Shown: positions 19,174-27,544 of the stretch, in pieces
Layout: each line of letters begins with the position of its first letter
Position numbering within the stretch: the stretch's first letter is position 1
NCBI GenBank assembly: GCA_963761335.1
Contig: CAVXGR010000013.1
Span: 96,001 to 160,000 of the forward strand
Direction of reading: 5' to 3'
Length of the DNA: 64,000 nucleotides
DNA from: an uncultured delta proteobacterium
GTDB taxonomy: Bacteria > Desulfobacterota > Binatia > HRBIN30 > BPIQ01
The notes under the pieces: model-generated
What the model saw: the letters and a program-made list of their open reading frames with translations, nothing else
Told to the model about the DNA's origin: nothing
The model's database searches: none
Translations under genes and position numbers: made by a program

Positions 19174-20900
19174 TCCAGCCGGTCGGCGTGGCCGGCGCGC
19201 TCGAAGCGGCGGCGCATATCGGCGAGATCGGCGGCGGTGAAGCGGCGGAACTCACCGGCACCGCGCGGACGCCAGTAGACCGGGTCGGCAAAGCGATCGA
19301 TGAGAAAGCCCTCGCGGCGCAGAGCGCGCTTGAGAATCTTGTTGGTATGCGTGACGGCGAGGTCGCCGGCGACGCGCACGAACACGGGGCGCCAACGCGG
19401 CGGCAGATCCGCCTCGCCGTCGAGGAGATGGGCGAAAGCCTTCGGATCGAAAGCGGCGCCGGCCCGCATGGCGACGGTCGCCATCACCTGGTCGCCGGCC
19501 TCCGGGTCCGGAACCCCGTAGACGCTGGCCAGCATGACGTCCGCGTCGCGGCAGAGAACCTCCTCGACGGGACGCGCCAGAAAGTTCTCGCCGCCGACGC
19601 GCAGCCACTCGGCATCGCGGCCGGCGAAGTAGATGAAGCCGTCTTCGTCCTGGTAGCCGAGATCGCCGGTGTGAAAACGGCCGCCGCGCGTGCGCTCGCG
19701 GGTCGACTCCTCGTCCTTGTAGTAGCCTTCGAAGAGAAAGACGCCGGAGGTGTTGACGATCTCGCCGACCGCCTCGTCGGCGTTGAGCAGCCGCCCGCTC
19801 TCGTCGAAACGCGCCGGCGGGCAGGGCTTGCCTTCCTCGTCCAGGATCTGCACGCCGGCGGCGCGGCCGAGGCTGCGCTCCGGATCGCCGGCCTGGCGCG
19901 AGAAGCCGACGCCCACTTCGCTGGCGCCATAGCCGTCGATCACCTCGCAGCCGAAGCGCCGTGCAAACGCCTCGATGTAGTGACGCGGCGCCTCGTTGCC
20001 ATAGGCCAGCCGCAGCGGATTGTCGGCGTCGTCGGGGCGCTCCGGTGTGTCCATGATGTAGGCGAAGGGCGTGCCGACGTAGTTGAAGAGCGTGGCGCCG
20101 TGCTTGCGGATATCGGCGAGGAAGCTCGACTTGCTGAAGCGGCGCGCCAGCGCCAGGCAGCCGCCGGCACAGAGAGCCGGGATGAGCGCCAGAATCTGGG
20201 CGTTGGCGTGAAACAGCGGCATCGCCGCGTACACGGTGTCCTCCGGAGTGAAGTGGCACATGTGCAGCGAGGCGCCCCAGCCGAGCATCATCAGACGACC
20301 GTGGCTGTTGACGACGCCCTTCGGCGCCTTGGTAGTGCCGGAGGTGAAGATCAGCATGAGAAGATCCGACGGCTCGACGGCGGCGTTCGGGTCCTCGTCC
20401 GAAGCTGCGGCCAGCTCGTCCTCGAGGCGCAGCCAACCCGGGGGCAGATCGCGGGCGCCGGTCGACCAGCGATCGGTGACCAGCACGGCGCGGCGCGCCT
20501 CCGGCAGCGTCGCCAGAGCCTCGCGAAGCTGCGCCGCGTAGCGCCGCTCGACCAGGATCATCTGGCAGTCGGCGTACTGCACGTCGCGCGCCAGAAACGC
20601 CCCGGTGCGCGTCGGGTTCAGTCCGACCAGAGCCGCGCCGCCGAGAGCGCAGCCGAGCTCGGCAAAGACGAAGTCGGGCAGGTTGTCCATCAACACGCCG
20701 ACGTGGAACGGCGTCGCCGGATGGCGATGCCGGCGAAAGACGTTGGCGAAGCGGCAGGCCTCGCGAAAGCACTGCGCGTAGGTCCAGCGGCTCTCCTCGA
20801 AGCGCAGAAAGACACGCTCGCCGCAGTCGGCGGCCCGATTGCGGACAGCGACCGCCAGCGACGGCAGCGGCGCCGCGTAGGGCTCGACCTTGGTCTCCAT
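19170..20900 (-). CDS. Acyl-CoA synthetase (FadD1/FadD17/CaiC-like)
   Basis: Motifs FTSGTTKAPKG, MPLFHANA, FNYVG, GYGASE and RVGGEN. Confidence 0.9.
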   Translation of the reverse strand: METKVEPYAAPLPSLAVAVRNRAADCGERVFLRFEESRWTYAQCFREACRFANVFRRHRHPATPFHVGVLMDNLPDFVFAELGCALGGAALVGLNPTRTGAFLARDVQYADCQMILVERRYAAQLREALATLPEARRAVLVTDRWSTGARDLPPGWLRLEDELAAASDEDPNAAVEPSDLLMLIFTSGTTKAPKGVVNSHGRLMMLGWGASLHMCHFTPEDTVYAAMPLFHANAQILALIPALCAGGCLALARRFSKSSFLADIRKHGATLFNYVGTPFAYIMDTPERPDDADNPLRLAYGNEAPRHYIEAFARRFGCEVIDGYGASEVGVGFSRQAGDPERSLGRAAGVQILDEEGKPCPPARFDESGRLLNADEAVGEIVNTSGVFLFEGYYKDEESTRERTRGGRFHTGDLGYQDEDGFIYFAGRDAEWLRVGGENFLARPVEEVLCRDADVMLASVYGVPDPEAGDQVMATVAMRAGAAFDPKAFAHLLDGEADLPPRWRPVFVRVAGDLAVTHTNKILKRALRREGFLIDRFADPVYWRPRGAGEFRRFTAADLADMRRRFERAGHADRLE

Positions 20901-20903
20901 TCG

Positions 20904-20961
20904 GCTCTGGGGTGAACAGTTGTTCACCAGAGCGATAGCAGCGGCGCGCACCGGGTGTCAA
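20904..20961 (-). promoter_or_regulatory. Sigma70-like promoter with palindromic operator
   Basis: Minus-strand TTGACA (20961-20956), 18-bp spacer, TATCGC, followed by the palindrome GGTGAACA-gt-TGTTCACC (20911-20928). Confidence 0.55.
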
Positions 20962-21050
20962 AGGGTTGGCCGTCGGGTTGGTTATCGGGTTTTCGAGTTA
21001 TCGGGTTGGCAGCGCCAAAGTAGAAGCGGCGTCTCGCCGCTTCTGGGAGG

Positions 21051-21081
21051 GCGAGGCTCCTGCCGAGCCAGATACGTCTCT
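21051..21081 (+). repeat. 31-bp direct repeat, left boundary of integron island
   Basis: GCGAGGCTCCTGCCGAGCCAGATACGTCTCT; 30/31 identical to 27451-27481. Confidence 0.85.
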
Positions 21082-21197
21082 GCGGGTCCCACTCCCCTTC
21101 GAGCTCGATCTCGAAGACCGCCCGACGACGCCGCAGGCCTCAGGGCACTATGCATTCCGCGGCGGCACGGACGGCGAATAGGCGGGATCGGCGGGTA

Positions 21198-21625
21198 GTA
21201 GTGGTGGAACTCAAGATCAAGCGTGTTTCGTTTCAAAATCCCCTTACCAATCGAAATCCCCCACGACCCAACTTGGGCTGGGGGATCGCGCCGCGAAGCG
21301 GCGCAGGCATGTAGCCCCGGGTCGCAGACCCGGGGATCTCGGGTCCGCCTTCCCCGATGCGCCCCGCCAGGGGCGCAGGCGTGCAAGCCCGGGTGCAGAT
21401 GCCTGTGTCAAAACCGAGCCCGCGCCCCTGGCGGGGCGCCAACCGACGTCGACTTCGGGATCCCCGGGTCTCCGACCCGGGGCTACACGCCTGCGCCCCT
21501 CCGGGGCGAATGATCTCCGAGCTCCCGCCCACAGATCCAACCCGGGGAAGTCGGGTTCAACTCAACGAAGCGGGGGTTGTGGTGGATCGAAGTTGACCGC
21601 GTTTCATTTCAAAATCCCCCACTAC
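21198..21625. repeat. MITE-like unit with 7-bp TIR and internal REP cluster
   Basis: GTAGTGG...CCACTAC termini; imperfect direct repeat GTGGTGGA...GTTTC(G/A)TTTCAAAATCCCC near both ends; interior related to 7330-7600. Confidence 0.55.
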
Positions 21626-21716
21626 CGGCGGGGTCGGCACCGGCGGGGTCGGCTCGTTCACAGGCAGCGACAGCGCGGCTTACAAAGCAACCTCCTCCGT
21701 ATGGAGAGAGCCAGGG

Positions 21717-22132
21717 ATGCAGAGCCTACGGGAGGTCGAGGCCGTGCTAGTCGCAGCCGACGTCATCCTTGACGGATGGCTGCTGGGGGAACCCCCTGTC
21801 GCCTACGGCGCAAGCTCGCCGAAGTTGCTCGAGCGCACGCAGGAGAATCGATGGCGCGACCCGCGAACGGGCGAGCAGGGCCGGCATCGCGAGGACGGAT
21901 CAATCCTGTAGGAGGCGCTTGGCTGCTCGGCGTGCCGTGGCCCAAGCAGGTCTCACGAAGCGTGCGACCTGTCACGCACTTCGCCACTCGCTCACAACCC
22001 ACCTCCTGGATGCGGGATACGATATCCGAACCGTACAGGAGTTGCTCGGTCACAAGGACGTGCGCACGACGACGATCTACACTCATGTCCTGAACCGGCC
22101 GTGGAGCCGAGAGCCCGGCAGACAAGCGCTGA
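21717..22132 (+). pseudogene. intI: Integron integrase remnant (internal deletion, nonsense codon, frameshifts)
   Basis: N-terminal PKLLER is joined directly to [16 protein letters not shown] (integron-specific insert), then TAG at 21909, then [46 protein letters not shown] in another frame. Confidence 0.85.
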
Positions 22133-22140
22133 AGATGTTC

Positions 22141-22285
22141 ATACGGAAACCGCCGATCGCCTCGTCCGCGCTGACTCCCGACAAGTCGTCGGATCGACAA
22201 GGATCTTCGCCGGCACGCCCACGCGATCGGAACGCGGTCTGGGGACAGGCGTGCTATACGGAAACCGCATACTAAGTAGTTCGGC
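22141..22285 (+). other. Putative attI site
   Basis: GTTCGGC core (22279-22285) 6 nt before the first cassette ATG; 13-bp direct repeat ATACGGAAACCGC at 22141 and 22256. Confidence 0.55.
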
Positions 22286-22291
22286 AGCCAG

Positions 22292-22840
22292 ATGAAGACT
22301 GAGATGAAACAGGATGGCATCCTTGTCCGGGCTGATCTGGCGGGCGAAAGCCTTGTCCTCGTTCTTGAGCCGATGGATGAGGGCTTCGCCCTCCAACTCG
22401 CGAGTCAAGTGACCGAGCTGCGTTTTGCGGGTGTCGCGGCGAGAGCAGTCCGAATGCCGGAAATCCAGCGCAACATCAGCGAGCCCGTCTGGATCACCTG
22501 GGATGGCGGGACGGTGACTCTCGAATCGGAGCATGCGGCGACCCTCTCCTTTCCCGCTGCGAGCATCGCGAGCACCGAGCGAGACTACGACGCCCAGGAT
22601 CTCCGCGCGAAATTCCAGCATCTCCGTCGGTGTTATCAGTCCGGCGAGGAGACAAGCGGCAAGATGATCGCCGGACTGTCCAAGACCAAGGCCGTCATTG
22701 CCAAGTTCGTCGAATCACATCGCCACACTTGGACTCTCAAACGGGACTTCTTTGGACCAACGAATTCCGGTAAAGCAATGGAGTTTGCGGTCCGCTTGGA
22801 AGTGCTCGATGAAATCGACAAGATCATGATACAAGACTGA
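22292..22840 (+). CDS. Gene cassette 1, hypothetical protein
   Basis: 182-aa ORF between the attI core and an attC that begins immediately after its stop. Confidence 0.7.
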   Translation: MKTEMKQDGILVRADLAGESLVLVLEPMDEGFALQLASQVTELRFAGVAARAVRMPEIQRNISEPVWITWDGGTVTLESEHAATLSFPAASIASTERDYDAQDLRAKFQHLRRCYQSGEETSGKMIAGLSKTKAVIAKFVESHRHTWTLKRDFFGPTNSGKAMEFAVRLEVLDEIDKIMIQD

Positions 22841-22913
22841 GCCGAACATCCGCATGGAACTCTACGCCGGTTCCGCTGCGCTCCACCGGCGAGGTTCATG
22901 CGGGGCGTTCGGC
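22841..22913 (+). other. attC site
   Basis: GCCGAAC...GTTCGGC with inner CCGCATG(G)AAC/GTTCATGCGG pairing and an extrahelical base. Confidence 0.88.
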
Positions 22914-22998
22914 GGAAAGCGTGAATGGGCCCGTTTGACGCACCCAACCTCAACACGGCCAGCTGGTTTGCGATTGAGGACACGGTAGATGAGAGCTC

Positions 22999-23787
22999 AT
23001 GAATGATGAAATGCCGTCGACGCGGATAGCCGCAGCTCTGGATGAAGAATTTCATGAGCGATCGGAAGTTCTTCGGCACCGCGAGAGTCTCCTGCAAGGG
23101 ACGGGTCATGAGGTGGCAAGGCGGCTCCAACATCCTCAGGCGGTTCGCCACCTGGAACAAGGCTTCTGTCGACGCGCCCTCTTGCTACGCGAGAATCGAT
23201 TTCAGGCGAACCAAATAGTCAGAAGCTCCGACGGCGTCCCAATCAGCTGCTACCAGGCGAGCGACCTTACGATCCACTTGAATTCGTTCTATATTCACGT
23301 ACGCGGCGCCATCGATAATCTCGCCTGGATGATCCAATACGAACTCAGACTGTTGCCCGAAGTACAGGAAGGCCGACGTGCTAGTGAGTGCAATCTATTC
23401 GGCAAGAGATTTCTGAGTGCGCTTCGTGATTCAAAGCCCGAATTGATCTTAGCGATCGAACGAAAACAGACTTGGGAGGCCGAACTCAAGCGCTTCAGGG
23501 ATCCCGTAGCACACCGAATCCCGTTGTTCGCGGTTCCGGCCGTAGCCAACGAGGAGCAGGCAGCCGAGATTCGAAGATTGCATGTCCTTGCCTCTGAGGC
23601 GTATGCGGCCAAGGATTTTGGAAGAGGGATGGCGTACAGACACGAGGCCGCGAATGTTGGTCAGTATAGACCGTTTTTTGTGGAGTCGAACTGCGATGGA
23701 CTCCGCGTTTGCAACTTGCCTATGCAAATGGCCGAGGACGCGCAGAACTTCGTCGAACTCTGTGAACCACTTCTCGGGGCCTTCTGA
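22999..23787 (+). CDS. Gene cassette 2, HEPN-like domain protein
   Basis: Helical protein with SFYIHVRGAIDNLA and RDPVAH (Rx4H motif). Confidence 0.65.
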   Translation: MNDEMPSTRIAAALDEEFHERSEVLRHRESLLQGTGHEVARRLQHPQAVRHLEQGFCRRALLLRENRFQANQIVRSSDGVPISCYQASDLTIHLNSFYIHVRGAIDNLAWMIQYELRLLPEVQEGRRASECNLFGKRFLSALRDSKPELILAIERKQTWEAELKRFRDPVAHRIPLFAVPAVANEEQAAEIRRLHVLASEAYAAKDFGRGMAYRHEAANVGQYRPFFVESNCDGLRVCNLPMQMAEDAQNFVELCEPLLGAF

Positions 23788-23848
23788 CGGGCGATGAATT
23801 GCGGACGTGGGGCCGAGTCGGCCGGCCGAGTTGATGGCGGCGAGCCCT

Positions 23849-23912
23849 GCCGAACAAGTTCGTCCAGCTGACGCGCGATGAAGCCGCGCGCGGCTGACGG
23901 TCGGCGTTGGCT
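23849..23912 (+). other. attC site
   Basis: GCCGAAC...GTTGGCT with inner CGTC(C)AGCTG/CGGCTGACG pairing and a CGCGCG stem. Confidence 0.75.
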
Positions 23913-23924
23913 GCACGAACTGGA

Positions 23925-24356
23925 ATGGACCAAGAGGAGTATAGCCTGATCGCGGGAGACCTTATGTGGGCGCGGAGGTACCTGCGCGCATTGGAAGGCG
24001 CAGGCGGCGACAGAGTGGTCGCAGGAGCGCTCACCTTGGCGGCGATCGTGTCGTACTGCAGGCCGTTTAAGTGCAGTTTCGATGCCTCACGTAGGCGACG
24101 AACTTGGATTCCTCAGGAGTGGGTCGACGATCTGTCTCCCCGGTGTCGCTGTACCCACGAACGCTTGGTTGCCGCTCGGGATCATGCTTGGGCCCACGCC
24201 GATTGGAGCGCGCACACTCCCCGAGCGGATCCCTCGACATCGATTGTCGTCAGCATAAATCCGTGGGTGCCAATGGGTCGCGAAGAGGCCGCTGAGTTCG
24301 AGAGGCTACTCGATGAGATCGACATTCGGCTGGAAACCGAGCGGGAGCGCAGCTAA
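23925..24356 (+). CDS. Gene cassette 3, small HEPN-like protein
   Basis: AAIVSYCRPF...HERLVAARDHAWAHAD (Rx5H). Stop lies in AGCTAAC, an inverse core; the rest of the attC is degenerate. Confidence 0.6.
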   Translation: MDQEEYSLIAGDLMWARRYLRALEGAGGDRVVAGALTLAAIVSYCRPFKCSFDASRRRRTWIPQEWVDDLSPRCRCTHERLVAARDHAWAHADWSAHTPRADPSTSIVVSINPWVPMGREEAAEFERLLDEIDIRLETERERS

Positions 24357-24394
24357 CAGATCGCGACAGGGTTCGCGCGGAAATTCACCGCAAG

Positions 24395-24916
24395 TTGATG
24401 GGCGCCCGTACCGTCATACCCCCGACCGTTCAAGTTGCAGTGGCATCGAAGCCGGAACTTCGCGGAGAGCGCGAGTGGCGTCCTTTTGAAGTCAAGCTCT
24501 GGGGGATCGGCGAGGAGATCCGTCACCTGCTGCTGAAAGAGCCGTCTCTGCGCGGAGATACGGAACTCACGCGGCAGTTCGTTGAGATTTCGCGGGACCG
24601 ACGCGCCGGTCGCGGACGCCAGAGCTTCATCATGTTGCTCGGCTTCAAAGCCTGCCAGGGCGTCGCGGCCGAGCTTTTGACTGAAATCGCGGATGATGAC
24701 GTGGCCGGTCAGGTTGTCTGGGCACTGTATCGGATGAAAGCCCGCGGATTTGCCGACGCTGTTCGCGGACTCTCCACTCACAAGCGAAGGTGGGTTCGAA
24801 AGGAAGCAGAGCGGTATGTCGCCTGGGACCGTGCTAGCGTCTCTAACCAGCGCGTCGAGCCGACTCGCCACAACCGCCGCCGCTCCGCCGGCCGCGGCTC
24901 AAGCGCATCGCGTTAG
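24395..24916 (+). CDS. Gene cassette 4, hypothetical (HEAT-like helices), start uncertain
   Basis: VAGQVVWALYRMKA...RWVRKEAERY; the ORF reads through the attC. Confidence 0.45.
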   Translation: MMGARTVIPPTVQVAVASKPELRGEREWRPFEVKLWGIGEEIRHLLLKEPSLRGDTELTRQFVEISRDRRAGRGRQSFIMLLGFKACQGVAAELLTEIADDDVAGQVVWALYRMKARGFADAVRGLSTHKRRWVRKEAERYVAWDRASVSNQRVEPTRHNRRRSAGRGSSASR

Positions 24917-24918
24917 CC
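24841..24918 (+). other. attC site
   Basis: CTCTAAC...GTTAGCC with inner GCGCGTCGAGCC/GGCTCAAGCGC pairing. Confidence 0.78.
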
Positions 24919-24937
24919 CGTGACTCGCTGTACGGAC

Positions 24938-25495
24938 ATGGCCGGTCCCGGTCGGGAACCAAAGCGTCGCTTCTCACTCGGCACGATCGTCGCCTGCGCG
25001 TTTGCCGTAGGCGTCGTCAATGCATGGTTCCCAATGCTTCGGCTGCGTTCGGCCAACGCAAACTTCATTGTGTCCCTCGGGCTGGCTCTTCTGCCGTTGG
25101 CAGGTGTGGGGATCGCGCTTGTTCAATCACGGGGATGGAAGCGACTTCTGTGGAGCACTGGACTGCTCTCAGTCACCATCGGTTCAAGCGTCGTCTGGTT
25201 GCTCTCGCTCAACTCGCTTGAAGTCATCCAGGAGGTGTCGACGCCCAACGGGCTCGTTGTCGCTTACCGCACGAACGGCGGGGCGACAGTAAAGTCTGGG
25301 GTTCTGCTGCGCCAGGAATGCCCGTTGTTGTCCGGGTTGCTTCGCGTGAAAGAGCTGCTCGACGAATATCCCGCATACGACGCCGTCATCGAGCGAGTTC
25401 AGCCGTCTCGACTGCGGGTGAAGGTTGACGACGGGAGTGGGCGGAATGTTACACGGATCGTGGATGTCCCCAGATTGCTCTGCTTTCCAGGCTAA
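24938..25495 (+). CDS. Gene cassette 5, membrane protein
   Basis: Three hydrophobic segments plus a soluble C-terminus; stop lies inside the inverse core GGCTAAC. Confidence 0.65.
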   Translation: MAGPGREPKRRFSLGTIVACAFAVGVVNAWFPMLRLRSANANFIVSLGLALLPLAGVGIALVQSRGWKRLLWSTGLLSVTIGSSVVWLLSLNSLEVIQEVSTPNGLVVAYRTNGGATVKSGVLLRQECPLLSGLLRVKELLDEYPAYDAVIERVQPSRLRVKVDDGSGRNVTRIVDVPRLLCFPG

Positions 25496-25579
25496 CATGA
25501 CGATGGACCCGGCCGGCTTGAATCGGGCTGCCTCCGTCAAGGTAACGGGCGCCCGCGGCTCACGCGCAAGACGTTCGGC
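25490..25579 (+). other. attC site (imperfect)
   Basis: GGCTAAC...GTTCGGC; inner arms pair poorly. Confidence 0.6.
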
Positions 25580-25591
25580 GGCACAGGACGC

Positions 25592-25912
25592 ATGAATCGG
25601 ACAATTCTCCTCGCGATAGTCTTTTGCATTGTTTTGGCTGCCAGTGGATCGCTCCTGGCGGAACAGGGCTCTGCCTCTTCTTGCGCACCGCCCCCAGTCG
25701 AGTCTGCTCAGCAAGCAATTTGTCTTGCGCGCGCTGATTTGCAGAAGCTCTGGCCGGAAGGATCCGCGAAAATGACAGAGGAACAAGCTACCCGAACCGC
25801 CAAAACTTGGATCGTCGGATTCCACGACCCCGCTGCGAGTCGCGGCGGCGGATTCCAGATCACTCTGGATTCAGAGTCGGGAAAGACAATCGATCGCCTC
25901 GGTGAGAGATGA
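25592..25912 (+). CDS. Gene cassette 6, small secreted protein
   Basis: Signal peptide MNRTILLAIVFCIVLAASGSLLA; WIVGF...GGGFQITLD beta-strand pattern. Confidence 0.65.
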   Translation: MNRTILLAIVFCIVLAASGSLLAEQGSASSCAPPPVESAQQAICLARADLQKLWPEGSAKMTEEQATRTAKTWIVGFHDPAASRGGGFQITLDSESGKTIDRLGER

Positions 25913-25942
25913 TGCGGACATTGTGCTCCAGCATGATGGAGT

Positions 25943-25999
25943 GCCGAACAAGAGCATGGTGCCGCCGCGCAAGGCGCGCGCACATGCTCGTCGTTCGGC
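25943..25999 (+). other. attC site
   Basis: GCCGAAC...GTTCGGC with inner GAGCATG(G)TGC/GCACATGCTC pairing and an extrahelical base; 57 bp. Confidence 0.88.
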
Positions 26000-26029
26000 G
26001 CCAAGAGTAGTGATCTTGTCGGAGCAATT

Positions 26030-26233
26030 GTGAGCGAGGCAAAACGAACCGCGCGTACGGCTGCCATCCTGCTGTCGTGGATGATATGGACTGCCGCAGT
26101 TCTCGGCGGCACCGTGACGGAAGCGAGTCAGCTCGTTCTGATTCTATTGTTGTTGCTCGGCTTCGCTCCTTATCTGGCCTCGATCCACGTTGTCGAGCCG
26201 TGGCTTGATCGGACGCGACATGCACCGCGATGA
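26030..26233 (+). CDS. Gene cassette 7, small two-TM protein
   Basis: Two hydrophobic helices; followed by a degenerate attC (AGCCAAC 26248...GTTCGCC 26296). Confidence 0.5.
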   Translation: MSEAKRTARTAAILLSWMIWTAAVLGGTVTEASQLVLILLLLLGFAPYLASIHVVEPWLDRTRHAPR

Positions 26234-26349
26234 GTTCGTCTCGAATCAGCCAACGGGGGCTTCTTCTCCGCGCGGCTCAGCGCCTGGGCGTTCGCCTTGT
26301 CCTGGCAGGGTGGGAGGACGCGTGGTACGCTGACAATCCGAGGTGGCCC

Positions 26350-26544
26350 ATGAAGGTATCGGTCGAACTGTCCCCCGCTGACACGGAACGCCTGCAAGAC
26401 GAGGCGAACCGGCTAGGCGTGAGTCCCGAACGGCTGGCGCATGCAGCGATCTCAGACCTGTTGGCTCGCGAGCGCGATGATTTCGAGAAAGCAGCTCGGC
26501 GCGTCTTGGAGAAGAATCGGGAACTCAACCGTCGCCTGGCTTGA
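26350..26544 (+). CDS. Putative antitoxin (DNA-binding, RHH-like)
   Basis: MKVSVELSPADTERL...VLEKNRELNRRLA; GAGG RBS; abuts the Doc toxin gene. Confidence 0.75.
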   Translation: MKVSVELSPADTERLQDEANRLGVSPERLAHAAISDLLARERDDFEKAARRVLEKNRELNRRLA

Positions 26545-26844
26545 ATGCGCCATCTCTGGCTGGCGGAAGTCCTCGAACTGCACCGCATGGTCGTCGAGCA
26601 ATCCGGGGGCTCACCCGGGCTTCGAGATATCGGGGGCCTCGAATCTGCTGTCGCACAGCCGCGGATGACCTTCGGTGGTAGCGACCTCTATCCTTCATTG
26701 ATCCACAAAGCTGCCGCCCTCTGTTTCTCGGTGGTCAAGAATCATCCGTTCGCCGACGGCAACAAACGGGCCGCGCCTGAACGGCATCGCGTCAGCCTCG
26801 ACACTCTTCGTACACTCATTCATTATGGCACTCTTCGCAAATGA
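26545..26844 (+). pseudogene. doc: Death-on-curing (Doc/Fic) toxin, apparently 3'-truncated
   Basis: [14 protein letters not shown] and [10 protein letters not shown]; similarity appears to end right after the Fic motif. Confidence 0.75.
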
Positions 26845-27304
26845 CATCAGGGTTACTGTCTCTCCCGATGTGGTGACGTTTCGGTGCGATGATCAGTCTG
26901 CCTCAATACGCCCGGTGGTCTACTGTGATCGAGACGGTGCGGGTTCACGCGTTCTCGGATTCGGGGCGAGCGATACCGTCACGGGGCCGTCCGTGGAGGT
27001 CTCACTCTTTGCTCCCGCAACGTCCCTCACGCCGGGAGGGGTGACCAAGGGCGACTGCCTTGCCGCCTTCTTTCAGTACGGTATGACGAAGGTATCGACT
27101 CGTAAACTGCTTGGTCCGCGGTTGTTTCTCTTCGGACTCGAAACACTCGAATCGAGTTTCTGTGGCTACCAAGGATGGGTCATACGCGAACTGTGCTCGA
27201 AGGCGGGGGCTCGAGAGGTCTACGTCATCCCAGCTGGCGTGAGCTATGAGCAAGCCATGGAGGCCGTTCGAGCCCCATCCAGTACTCCGTTGTGGCGCCG
27301 ATGA
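26825..27304 (+). CDS. Cassette protein with MreB N-terminal-like features
   Basis: PRL...[16 protein letters not shown] resembles MreB AGAREVYLI; followed by a degenerate attC-like site ending GTTCGCG (27410-27416). Confidence 0.5.
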   Translation: MALFANDIRVTVSPDVVTFRCDDQSASIRPVVYCDRDGAGSRVLGFGASDTVTGPSVEVSLFAPATSLTPGGVTKGDCLAAFFQYGMTKVSTRKLLGPRLFLFGLETLESSFCGYQGWVIRELCSKAGAREVYVIPAGVSYEQAMEAVRAPSSTPLWRR

Positions 27305-27450
27305 TGGATCATGCCACCCTCTGCCTAAAACAACCCCTTGGGCGGCGCCAGGGTACATCGGGAGTCCGGCATGATTCGAACGCAAGGTCCCGCCCATATC
27401 CACCTGGTCGTTCGCGACACCCCCGGTAGCATGGACTCGCTTCCGGCAAA

Positions 27451-27481
27451 GCGAGGCTGCTGCCGAGCCAGATACGTCTCT
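27451..27481 (+). repeat. 31-bp direct repeat, right boundary of integron island
   Basis: GCGAGGCTGCTGCCGAGCCAGATACGTCTCT. Confidence 0.85.
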
Positions 27482-27544
27482 CGGATTTTCGTGGCGGAAG
27501 CGGCGAGACGCCGCTTCTACTCAACCCGAAAACTCGAGAGCCCG

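Noticed and set aside
21200..21625. GTTTC...AAAATCCCC repeats resembling CRISPR repeats
   Set aside because: Only two imperfect copies about 380 bp apart, no spacer periodicity and no cas genes.
21769..22275. XerC/D or phage integrase gene
   Set aside because: The integron-specific insert and adjacent attC array indicate intI, and the gene is broken.
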